Positions 54,178-62,810 of a DNA stretch of 64,000 nt are shown here, one piece after another; positions within the stretch are counted from its first letter, which is position 1; the number at the start of each line of letters is the position of its first letter. The stretch comes from Trichormus sp. (lineage in GTDB: Bacteria; Cyanobacteriota; Cyanobacteriia; Cyanobacteriales; Nostocaceae). The position numbers and the translations under genes are program-made. The notes under the pieces were generated by a model. The model was not told the origin of the DNA. It was given only the letters and a program-made list of their open reading frames with translations, and ran no database searches. The stretch lies in NCBI GenBank assembly GCA_050633005.1, contig JBODRP010000003.1, positions 2,101-66,100 of the forward strand. The letters are read 5' to 3'.

Positions 54178-54639
54178 ACCCCCGCCTAGAGAACCCATTT
54201 GTTTCATTGCTTTAGTTTGTAAATCTTGTACACCACGGTGCAAGTCTTTAAACTCTCGCCAATGCTGCCAATTAGTAACAGATTTTTCTACATCTTTATT
54301 TTCATTAAAACCTGTGGGAATTGCTGCCTCAATATCTAGACGAATTTTTTTGAGTTTGCCTTCTAATTTATCACCATTAAATGGTGTTTTAATCGCACAC
54401 ATACCACAACCCAGATCCACACCGACAGCAGCAGGAATAATGGCTTCTTTTGTAGCAATTACAGAACCAACTAAAGCACCTTTTCCTAAGTGAACATCAG
54501 GCATTAATGCTACGTGTTTAAATACAAAAGGTAGCGATGCCACATTTTTAGCCATCTTGGTTTCTTCTGTACCCAATGGGTGATTCGCCCAAGATAAAAC
54601 AGGTGCTGGTGTATTAATTTCTAACTCTTCGTAGGGCAT
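54178..54639 (-). CDS. rtcB: RtcB RNA ligase, exon 1 (154 codons ending GSLGGG)
   Basis: MPDVHLGKG, VGVDLGCG, QMGSLGGG. Confidence 0.93.
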
Positions 54640-54708
54640 TTTTTTCTAAAAAATCAGGAATCAAAAGTGGAGCAGAATTAGCTAACAAGTTTATGTTACA
54701 AGTTTGAT

Positions 54709-54746
54709 TGTACTACAAATATAATACATAAAATTTTTAGTGTCAA
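54709..54746 (-). promoter_or_regulatory. Sigma70-type rtcB promoter with overlapping dyad
   Basis: Minus strand TTGACA (54746-54741)-N17-TATATT (54723-54718); imperfect palindrome TGTACTACA-AA-TATAATACA at 54709-54728. Confidence 0.55.
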
Positions 54747-54842
54747 CAGCAATCACCATAAGTTAAGTCTGCCAAAAAAATCCAGACATTTGCTAAATAC
54801 ACTACAATTTGTAAAGACCATAAATCAGCCCTAATCAGACCT

Positions 54843-55745
54843 ATGGCCACACCTCAAAAGACTCTTTGGGAAAGCTTTTTATCACCTGTAGTCCGTTTTT
54901 TTATTGATGACGAAAAATTGCAGCGTTATGCCAAAAGTATTGATTGGGAGCAAGAGGGTGACAAGTTCCGCCGCAGTGATGTTACACTCCCCCCGTACTA
55001 CATTAACCAAAACTTCCACGGCATTAAGGGGGGATATCTTAACCCTAGTGCGGCTGTCAGCTATGATGCAATTACCGAATATGTCCTAGTACCCAATGAA
55101 ACTTGGGTGCGTCAAGCTGTAATTGATGCAGTCAAAGTCAAGCCGCGACGCATACTAGACTTAGGCTGTGGTACAGGTTCTACAACTTTGATGTTAAAGC
55201 AGGCTTTTCCCCAAGCGGAAGTCATCGGTTTGGACTTATCACCCTATATGCTGGTAAGAGCCGCAGATAAAGCCAAAACTGCTGGTTTAGATATCATCTG
55301 GCGACATGGAAACGCTGAAAAGACTAGCTTTCCAGATGCTTCCTTTGATTTAGTCACAGCTAGTTTACTATTTCACGAAACACCGGTTGCAGTCTGCCAA
55401 AATATCCTGCAAGAATGCTGCCGGTTATTAGTAGCTGGTGGACAAGTGTTAATTCTCGATGGGAATCAGAAAATTTTACGTCAGTTAGATTGGCTCAATA
55501 ATGTATTTGAAGAGCCTTACATTCGGGAATATGCTGGGGATAGCGTAGATGCGCGGATGGGTGCAGTGGGGTTGGAATCAGTGCAAACCGAAGAAGTTTG
55601 GTGGATACATCAAGTAAGTAGCGGTGTAAAACCTATTCCTGTAACGGATGCAACTACGCAAGCAAAAATGAGACAATATAGACCAGCAATAGATAATAAT
55701 AATTTGGAGGGTCTAGAGTCTCCAGGTTTTGGCATAACGGCATGA
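54843..55745 (+). CDS. Class I SAM-dependent methyltransferase
   Basis: ILDLGCGTG, GLDLSPYML, LLFHE. Confidence 0.9.
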   Translation: MATPQKTLWESFLSPVVRFFIDDEKLQRYAKSIDWEQEGDKFRRSDVTLPPYYINQNFHGIKGGYLNPSAAVSYDAITEYVLVPNETWVRQAVIDAVKVKPRRILDLGCGTGSTTLMLKQAFPQAEVIGLDLSPYMLVRAADKAKTAGLDIIWRHGNAEKTSFPDASFDLVTASLLFHETPVAVCQNILQECCRLLVAGGQVLILDGNQKILRQLDWLNNVFEEPYIREYAGDSVDARMGAVGLESVQTEEVWWIHQVSSGVKPIPVTDATTQAKMRQYRPAIDNNNLEGLESPGFGITA

Positions 55746-56470
55746 GTTTAAAGGCAATTCTGTTTGATTTTAATGGCGTAATCATTAATGATGAGCGCAT
55801 CCACCTACAACTAATAGATGAAATTCTCATTCAGGAAAATCTGCAACCCCAAAAAGTCCAAGAGCGACAAGCTTCATTAGGACGGAGCGATCGCGCTTGT
55901 TTTCAAGAATTACTCGCCAATCGTGGTAGAGTCGTAACTGAAGAATACTTAACTCAGCTACTCCACCGCAAAGCCCAAGCCTATGTGCTGCAACTAGAGC
56001 AACTGGAAAAACTGCCTATATATCCAGGCGTAGAAGATTTAATATATCAGATACGTTCCCAACATCTCAAATTAGCTATAGTCAGTGGTGCGCTGCATCA
56101 AGAAATACAACTGGTATTAGAGCGCGCCAAGCTAGCAGAATATTTTACAGTCATCGTCGCTGGGGATGACATCACCACCAGCAAACCCCAGCCAGATGGT
56201 TATTTATTAGCAGTTGCACGCCTCAATCAAGAATATCCTGATTTAAATTTGCAACCTCAAGAATGCTTGGCCATTGAAGATACCCCAGCAGGTATCCAAG
56301 CTGCGAAACACGCACAGATGCAAGTCTTAGGTGTAGCGAATACTTACCCATTTCATATGCTCCAGCGTTGCTGTAACTGGACAGTAGATTACTTGACTGA
56401 ATTGGAACTTGAACGAGTACAACAAGTATTTTGTACCAAACAACACCAGCCCAGCATGAGTGAATGTTAA
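55742..56470 (+). CDS. HAD-superfamily hydrolase
   Basis: LFDFNGV, SKPQPDGY, IEDTPAG. Confidence 0.9.
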   Translation: MSLKAILFDFNGVIINDERIHLQLIDEILIQENLQPQKVQERQASLGRSDRACFQELLANRGRVVTEEYLTQLLHRKAQAYVLQLEQLEKLPIYPGVEDLIYQIRSQHLKLAIVSGALHQEIQLVLERAKLAEYFTVIVAGDDITTSKPQPDGYLLAVARLNQEYPDLNLQPQECLAIEDTPAGIQAAKHAQMQVLGVANTYPFHMLQRCCNWTVDYLTELELERVQQVFCTKQHQPSMSEC

Positions 56471-56499
56471 AATAGGGTAATGTAGTAACAGCACTGTTA

Positions 56500-56572
56500 G
56501 GGGAATTAGCTCAGTTGGTAGAGCGCTGCGATCGCACCGCAGAGGTCAGGGATTCGAGTTCCCTATTCTCCA
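56500..56572 (+). tRNA. tRNA-Ala(CGC); CAST attachment site
   Basis: 73-nt cloverleaf GGGGAAT...ATTCTCCA; anticodon stem CTGCG/CGCAG with loop AT-CGC-AC; TTCGA T-loop. Confidence 0.96.
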
Positions 56573-56580
56573 TTTGTTGT

Positions 56581-56702
56581 TGTCGAATAACTAATTATTT
56601 GTCGTCGTTAACAGATTAGTCTCGCTATTAACAAATTAGTGTCGCTGTTAACGAATTAGTGTCGTCGATTAGCTTTACTCAACTGTTAACACATTAATGT
56701 CG
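56581..56702. mobile_element. tRNA-proximal end of Tn7-like type V-K CAST (TnsB-binding sites)
   Basis: Starts TGT-N4-TAACTAATTATTTGTCG; TAAC.AATTA.TGTCG-type repeats at 56588, 56609, 56629, 56649 and 56687. Confidence 0.88.
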
Positions 56703-56742
56703 TTAAACTGTTGATTATGCTTAACTACTGACTTAGATGTTT

Positions 56743-56773
56743 GTTCGATCGCAGCGCTCCTTTCAACCCTCCC
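56743..56773 (-). CRISPR. Delocalized homing crRNA: truncated repeat plus 17-nt spacer against tRNA-Ala
   Basis: Minus strand GGGAGGGTTGAAAG + GAGCGCTGCGATCGAAC; 16/17 match to 56521-56537, which has a GTA PAM at 56518-56520. Confidence 0.92.
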
Positions 56774-56913
56774 ATAATTTAGTTATACCCCTTAAGAAGG
56801 GATAAAAATATCAAGTTGCCAGAATTTTATCTCGCTACCAAGAATTAACTCTATCCTTAGCAGGAATGCTTGTTGAACCAAAACTTAATTTTTGGGTACA
56901 TCGCCCTACCAGT

Positions 56914-57247
56914 CTTTCAACCCACCCCTAGCCGGGATGGTCGTTGAAACTTTCCAGTCCGGCGAATATTTGTTCATCGCCCTACCAGTCTTTCAACCCA
57001 CCCCTAGCCGGGATGGTCGTTGAAACTCATCGTCATCCGCGCTGCCCAAAAGAAAGTGATATCTTTCAACCCACCCCTAGCCGGGATGGTCGTTGAAACG
57101 AATAAAGTAAGCGAATTTCTGAGCTATCGCTATCTTTCAACCCACCCCTAGCCGGGATGGTCGTTGAAACTATAACGAAATCAGGCAGTATCTAGCCATC
57201 TCTGCGTGTACTTTCAACCCACCCCTAGCCGGGATGGTCGTTGAAAC
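56914..57247 (-). CRISPR. Type V-K CRISPR array, 5 repeats and 4 spacers
   Basis: Identical 37-nt repeats (minus: GTTTCAACGACCATCCCGGCTAGGGGTGGGTTGAAAG) at 56914, 56990, 57063, 57134 and 57211; spacers 39, 36, 34 and 40 nt. Confidence 0.97.
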
Positions 57248-57449
57248 TGTTCCCGCCTAGACCCTTGTGATACAAGCTTTTCAGATGCCTAATTGACAAG
57301 TCTGTTAAAAAGCTGCTTCTGCTGACAATGAAAAAAGTAAATCGATTGACGCACCAATTTCTAGATTCAATACAGGACAAGGGTTTTCAGAATTTGGCAA
57401 GTCTCCAGGGTTTTTGACCCCGCTTCGATTCGCCAGAAAAATATTTGGG

Positions 57450-57708
57450 AGGATTCCCCCGACGAAGGGGGTGATTCAGTAGCCACCACTGTGGTAATCC
57501 ACACCGTTATAAATAACGGCTACGGCTAAAAGCCTTACTTCTTATTGCTGGGAGCGCACCTATCCCATCTATAGATTGCTACAGATGGCAGCATCAGAAG
57601 CGGGCAGCTACCAGGGTCAGAAAGCATGACAATCTTCCAACTGCCAAACTAACCCAGATTTTTCACAGTACATTGGCTGCAAAGAGCATGAACTGCGGCA
57701 CTGTTATG
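57450..57708 (-). ncRNA. Cas12k tracrRNA
   Basis: Minus strand carries V-K tracr blocks GGGTTAGTTTG, GCTTTCTGACCCTGGTAGCTGC, GGATAGGTGCGCTCCCAGCAATAAG and GTGGCTACTGAATCACCCCC; boundaries approximate. Confidence 0.9.
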
Positions 57709-57742
57709 AAAATATTATATTTTCAAGGTTCGGATTAGTGAA

Positions 57743-59650
57743 TTAAATTAAAGCGGCTTGACGTTGTTGGTAAGCAAAGACGGCTAAATCTCGCGCTTTT
57801 TCTTGTGGACTGCCTCTGATTGGCTGTGTACCAATTTCAGTAGAAATTCCGGCTTTTGCAGCTTGGGATTTAATACTTTCAATTAATCGACCGTAACTCC
57901 AGCGATGAACGCTCATGCGATATTCTTTGGCATATTTTTGTTGAGCTTCCTTGTAACCAGGACATTTCTTCTCTGCTCTGGATTGAATTTCGCTACTAAT
58001 TTGCTCACGCATATCGCGGAGTTTGGGAATAATTATGCTGCTTGCTTGATAGGTTTTGGCGATCGCCACAATCCCATCAGCCAATAATCTATCCACATAT
58101 TGTCCTAACTCTGATTCACCAAAGAAGTTAGGCGCATTCCGTTTCTGAGCTTTGTGGCGTTCATGAGATAGGCGTTGCTGTTGTTGTCGCTGGCGATTGA
58201 GAAGGTTATAGTTTTTGCCAAGTAGTTGTTTGACACTGCGATAAGCAAGGACTTCATTTTTAATAACATCGACTACAGCTACTGTGACTGGCTTTTCTAG
58301 ACCGAAACTAACACCGACTAGTATTGAGGGCTGACCTTGATAATTAGGCTTGCTGGGACGAGGGAAAGGGTTATTAATCCTATCTAGCGTGGATTGCTGA
58401 CGAGTGATAAAAGCTTGCTGTTTATCATTGAGTTCATCTTTCTGTGTCGCTTTTGTTAAAGTTTCGGTTATTTTTGTGCTTTTCTCATCAACTACCTGTT
58501 GAGTTCCTTCAATAGTCCACATCCGAGTATCTAAAGCACAGTAAAAACGCAGTTGATTGACTTTCCAGGGTTCACCTTTGTCTTCTCCTGGCGACCAAGC
58601 AAGCCTTCCTGAACGCAGAGTAAACAAACTACTTGAGTATTGGTTTTTACTATTGCGTTTAATTTCTTGATCTTCTAGGAAGCGTTTGAAGTAGTGCAAA
58701 TGACGCTTATCGCAGTAAATCTCAAAGGTTAGTTTTCCCAAGCCATTGAACCGAACGAAGATACGACCTTTGTCATTTTGCAGCCATGTCATATCTTCGT
58801 TAGATTCGTAAGCCACAGGAAAGGGGACATCAGCAGATTTTCTTAATAGTGCTGCTTGCCAAGCTTTTGCCTCATTTTCATTTTGAGGTACATTGGCTGT
58901 AGAAATTTCTAAAGTCTTTAACCACTCTTCCCCTGTTAAATCTCTACCTTTAGGTATGCGACTTTGAAGTTGGTTTTTTAATCGCTCAATTTCTATTTCC
59001 TTTTTGCGTCTATTTTTAGTAAATTCTTCTGGATCTTCGTCGCGTTCGCTGATTTGACAATTATTTTTCAGCAGATATGCGATCGCAAAACGAGTAAGAG
59101 TCTCTTGTGTTTGTTCGTAAGTGTTTAAAAGAATTTGAAAAAGTGAAGATTTTTGTAACTTTGCAGCTTTTTTAGTTCTTTTGCTCTTTCTCTGTTTTTT
59201 ATTCTGGTCTGACTGGGGGGTAAATTGGGTAAGGATTTCGTTGGCTTTAGTACGAATTACGTTTAAGCTACATTGACTTTCTTGTTCGAGTTGTAGATCA
59301 CTTTTGAGGATTGTGAGCCAACGTTCTTTCCCTTCTATTTGCCGCTTTCTGCGTTTTTGTAAGGCGAACCAGGATTTATATACATAATCTACTAGAGCGA
59401 TCGCTGAGGTGTAAAAGCGTCCAGGTTGACCAGCAAAACGCTCTTGAGTTTTGAGGGAGTTAACAAGAGTTTTGAGTAATTCAGTAGGTATTTTGCCTTT
59501 TTCTAGCCAAGTTTCAAAGTCTGGGTGTTGTCCTACCTGTGCCAACAGTTCATTTATAAGTGGTGTGTTTTTGTCAGTCATCAGTTCCCACAGTTGGCGG
59601 AGGGTTTCTTCTTCTGCAACCAGGCGGCATTGAATTGTAATAATGCTCAT
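57743..59650 (-). CDS. cas12k: Cas12k (C2c5) type V-K effector
   Basis: MSIITIQCRLVA, NTPLINELL, QPGRFYTSA, YSSSLFTLRS, inactive RuvC-I VGVSFG, HRWSYGRL. Confidence 0.97.
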   Translation of the reverse strand: MSIITIQCRLVAEEETLRQLWELMTDKNTPLINELLAQVGQHPDFETWLEKGKIPTELLKTLVNSLKTQERFAGQPGRFYTSAIALVDYVYKSWFALQKRRKRQIEGKERWLTILKSDLQLEQESQCSLNVIRTKANEILTQFTPQSDQNKKQRKSKRTKKAAKLQKSSLFQILLNTYEQTQETLTRFAIAYLLKNNCQISERDEDPEEFTKNRRKKEIEIERLKNQLQSRIPKGRDLTGEEWLKTLEISTANVPQNENEAKAWQAALLRKSADVPFPVAYESNEDMTWLQNDKGRIFVRFNGLGKLTFEIYCDKRHLHYFKRFLEDQEIKRNSKNQYSSSLFTLRSGRLAWSPGEDKGEPWKVNQLRFYCALDTRMWTIEGTQQVVDEKSTKITETLTKATQKDELNDKQQAFITRQQSTLDRINNPFPRPSKPNYQGQPSILVGVSFGLEKPVTVAVVDVIKNEVLAYRSVKQLLGKNYNLLNRQRQQQQRLSHERHKAQKRNAPNFFGESELGQYVDRLLADGIVAIAKTYQASSIIIPKLRDMREQISSEIQSRAEKKCPGYKEAQQKYAKEYRMSVHRWSYGRLIESIKSQAAKAGISTEIGTQPIRGSPQEKARDLAVFAYQQRQAALI

Positions 59651-59711
59651 GGTGTCCTCCGCTTTGTAGATTCGATCAAACTGACGAGGTTTTTGTTGTT
59701 TTTACCTTTGC

Positions 59712-59750
59712 ATTATACCGCAATAGCGCAATGACGCAATAGCGCAAATG
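59712..59750. promoter_or_regulatory. cas12k promoter with four tandem 8-bp operator-like repeats
   Basis: Minus-strand TATAAT at 59712-59717; CGCAATAG CGCAATGA CGCAATAG CGCAAATG at 59719-59750 covers the -35 region. Confidence 0.6.
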
Positions 59751-59808
59751 TTTTTTTACTCAGAGGCTGTGTAAAAATGAAAGCCGCAAACTTTGACTTC
59801 AGATTAGG

Positions 59809-59970
59809 ATGGCAGAAGAAACTAGAGAAGTTCGGGGGAGACTCCCTAAAGACTTAAAAATCGCGTTTGAAATCGCCTGTGCGCGTCTGGAAGTAACGCA
59901 GACTGCGGCTTTAGAGGAGGCAATTAGAGATTGGTTAAAAAAGAAAGAATCCTCAGACAAACAAGGTTAG
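59809..59970 (+). CDS. 53-aa ribbon-helix-helix (Arc/CopG/omega-like) repressor divergent from cas12k
   Basis: MAEETREVRGRLPKDLKIAFEIACARLEVTQTAALEEAIRDWLKKKESSDKQG; occupies the CAST-regulator position; below the ORF-track size cutoff. Confidence 0.8.
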   Translation: MAEETREVRGRLPKDLKIAFEIACARLEVTQTAALEEAIRDWLKKKESSDKQG

Positions 59971-60043
59971 GAGAAATGAGAAATATGTTGGCCACAAACT
60001 CCACTAGAGAGGGTGTAAAGTAGGTTATTCTGAGCCTGATGAC

Positions 60044-61921
60044 TCAATAGTTAGTGATAATTTCGGGATGCAACTTGTACTCTCTGCCATTCCCGTTATG
60101 ACAATCTCGAACAAAATCCTCTGAGGATTCAAAACTTAAACTCTTGCCCATAGCCTTGCCAATTAGCGTCAGCAAATTGTTTGCTCGCATCTGGAAAAAG
60201 GCTTCAAAGTCATCTCTTCGCAAAGTTTTTGGAGATATAGCGTGCGATCGCAGTATTTCATCAAGTCTTTTGGCTGATGTCCCAGAAAGTTCAAACTCCT
60301 CTAAATAAAGGGAAGGTGCTTTACTCCCAATCTTCTTGTTTGTTTTGGCACTTAAAGGTGTACGGTTAATCAAGCAGTTATACTTTTTGGGGTCAATGCC
60401 TTTTTTGCGACACCATGCCACAGGGAAGATGTGGTGCGAATCTATCTGTTCTTCAAAATAAATCACATCATTGATTTCTTCTCCAGTACACCAATCAATT
60501 GCCCCCTCACGTCTTAGTAAAGCAGCTAATCCTTGATAGACTGCACCGTAACGTTTTCTAACGCTAATCAACCTATCAAAAGAAAAATCTGCTTGCACAA
60601 TGGTAAGCGGCAGTGAGCCACCTGCTAACCAATCTGGTACTTCTATCACGTCTCGCCCGGCTCGTGCCTCATACCAACGTGTATATACTTCACCAAACAT
60701 CCCACACCATAACCAGCGTTCCAGCATAGAACGTGCTTGCAAAGAACGGGAACGCTCTCCGAGAATGGTAAAAATGGTACTCAGAATCACTAATTGAATG
60801 GGGTAAGCTAAATCGTCTGCATCAAAGATTTTTTGACTATGAAGGAAACGTGCAGATTCTTCAAAACCCCTGGAAATTGGATCAGCCCATTTTTGATATT
60901 CTTCTTTGGTGAGTTTGAGAACTTCAGCGCGATCGCAATTAACACTTGGTAATTTATCGATATTCCAACCTTGTTTTATGGCTTCTATCCTCTTGGCATA
61001 ACCAGCCATCAGCGTAACTGCTTGTACAAAATCAGTGCTGCGGAGTTTACGCAATACTTTTAAGGGTTGGAAGCGATTTTCGCGCTGTTTCCAATCATCT
61101 CTCAAACTGAAGTCAGCAGTGCAATAGCTGGAACTCATTAAATCGAAGTAATTGAGGTCACATCCAGCAGTGTTTGTATCTTCAAATACTTGGCAAACAG
61201 CTTCTTTTGGTAAAGAGTCACGCAGTTGGATAACGGGTATTTGATAATGCTCAAATTTTTTGAGAACTTCCAGTTCTAAGGTGTCGATTAGCTCTAGTTT
61301 TTGAGGATCGTATTGCCAATACTTAGAAAATTTACTCCGCCATTCAGAAAAACAGAAAACTTTGGATAAAGGAAACAATAGTGCCTGATATTCTTTTTCT
61401 GGTGCGGAACAGTCAATCAAGCCACCCGTGAAGGTTCGTGCAATTTTGGATTCAGGTAAGGCAACGATCGCATTACGGCGATCGCATTCTGGGTTGAGGC
61501 ATTTTTTAATATCCAGGTAGTACCACTTTTTAATCATTTTTTGGCTTTTCTGGTCTTTGATGATTACAGGTTGCTCAGATAGGAACACCATAAACATGGT
61601 TGTCAGACGTTGCTGTCCATCAAGGATTAATAAGTTTGGCGTATAATTTTCTGGTTTTAATACTCCATCAACTAAACGGGGTTTGAATTGTCGGCTTTGA
61701 ATGCTTTGTTGCAGCATCATGACTGCACCAATGGGATAAGCAAGAGATACGCTGGCAATTAAACGACGCACATGGGTATCATCCCAAACCCAATCTCTTT
61801 GAAAATCTGGAAGTTGGATGCGTCCAGTTTTAATATCTTTCAGGACATCAAGAAGAAAATACTTAGTGATGTCAAAGGTAGAAATTGAGTTCATTTGGTG
61901 TTCTGCCATTGTTGTCATCAA
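60044..61921 (-). CDS. GmrSD-like (DUF262 plus C-terminal HNH-like) protein, CAST cargo
   Basis: QLPDFQRDWVW, LILDGQQRLTT, VFEDTNTAG, DSHHIFP, NRTPLSAKTN. Confidence 0.85.
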   Translation of the reverse strand: MMTTMAEHQMNSISTFDITKYFLLDVLKDIKTGRIQLPDFQRDWVWDDTHVRRLIASVSLAYPIGAVMMLQQSIQSRQFKPRLVDGVLKPENYTPNLLILDGQQRLTTMFMVFLSEQPVIIKDQKSQKMIKKWYYLDIKKCLNPECDRRNAIVALPESKIARTFTGGLIDCSAPEKEYQALLFPLSKVFCFSEWRSKFSKYWQYDPQKLELIDTLELEVLKKFEHYQIPVIQLRDSLPKEAVCQVFEDTNTAGCDLNYFDLMSSSYCTADFSLRDDWKQRENRFQPLKVLRKLRSTDFVQAVTLMAGYAKRIEAIKQGWNIDKLPSVNCDRAEVLKLTKEEYQKWADPISRGFEESARFLHSQKIFDADDLAYPIQLVILSTIFTILGERSRSLQARSMLERWLWCGMFGEVYTRWYEARAGRDVIEVPDWLAGGSLPLTIVQADFSFDRLISVRKRYGAVYQGLAALLRREGAIDWCTGEEINDVIYFEEQIDSHHIFPVAWCRKKGIDPKKYNCLINRTPLSAKTNKKIGSKAPSLYLEEFELSGTSAKRLDEILRSHAISPKTLRRDDFEAFFQMRANNLLTLIGKAMGKSLSFESSEDFVRDCHNGNGREYKLHPEIITNY

Positions 61922-62036
61922 TAGGGATGCGACTGTTCGCCATAGTTAGTACCTATGTACCTCAGCCTAAGATTCCCCTTGTTGTTAATACAAGGGGTTT
62001 TTGGGGCAATTGGTCGTGAGTAGCGATCGCTTTTGC

Positions 62037-62351
62037 TTATTCTTGAGGAAAGTCTGGAGGTAAAGTCACAATTCCTTTGGCAACAAGCTGTTTAAATTGG
62101 TTAATTAGGTCTGCTTGCCGTAATATGCGGGTAACGTATTTAGGTCGTCGGCGAAAGTCAGTCCCCCAGTCCTTAACGGTTTTTGGGCTAGTACCTGTAA
62201 CTTGGGCGATCGCATTGATGCAGGCTTTGCGATAATTGCGCCCTGGTTCTTGACTAACCCAACGGCGACAATACTCCATCGGTTCGAGGGGCAACTGACG
62301 GAGCATATCAATTCGATGATTATTCTGATGGGAGTCGCTCCCAGTCTGCAT
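62037..62351 (-). CDS. Small HTH-like hypothetical protein, paralogue 1
   Basis: LEPMEYCRRWV..YRKACI..IAQVTGTSPKTVKDWG; paralogous to 62493-62810. Confidence 0.7.
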   Translation of the reverse strand: MQTGSDSHQNNHRIDMLRQLPLEPMEYCRRWVSQEPGRNYRKACINAIAQVTGTSPKTVKDWGTDFRRRPKYVTRILRQADLINQFKQLVAKGIVTLPPDFPQE

Positions 62352-62492
62352 CTTCTGTTTTGCTGAATCAGATTAAGGAAGCAGAGGATTAGTGAGAATA
62401 ACTGGTTAGCTCAGATATCTTCTGCTTGCTCAACTCAAGTTAAAAAATATCGCCTCACATTACAAGTATTTTAGTCACAAATCACGACTAAA

Positions 62493-62810
62493 TTATTTTT
62501 GAGGATAATCAGGAGGTAAGACTATTTTTCTAATTTGGTTAAGCATATCTGCCATGCGTAATATATGCACTACATAGTTAGGTCGCCTCTCAAAATTTTG
62601 ACCCCAATTCCCTATAGTCCTTTCACTTAAGCCTGTTGCTTCAGCTAGAGCTACAATACAGGCTTTTCTGTATCCCCGCTCGTCAGGGGACATTTCAACC
62701 CATCGTTGACAATATTCCAAAGGCTCCAAAGGCAAGTCACTGAGCGCATCGATCCTATATTCATTGGTCTGGGGGTTATTGTCTATTAGCCTTTTTGTTT
62801 TCAAAGACAC
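62493..62810 (-). CDS. Small HTH-like hypothetical protein, paralogue 2
   Basis: LEPLEYCQRWV..YRKACI..LAEATGLSERTIGNWG. Confidence 0.7.
   Translation of the reverse strand: MSLKTKRLIDNNPQTNEYRIDALSDLPLEPLEYCQRWVEMSPDERGYRKACIVALAEATGLSERTIGNWGQNFERRPNYVVHILRMADMLNQIRKIVLPPDYPQK

Noticed and set aside
56588..56664. 20-bp periodic repeats resembling iterons or a mini-CRISPR
   Set aside because: Explained as TnsB-binding sites of the transposon end
57743..59650. Cas12k RuvC catalytic residues missing
   Set aside because: Natural inactivation is the norm for Cas12k
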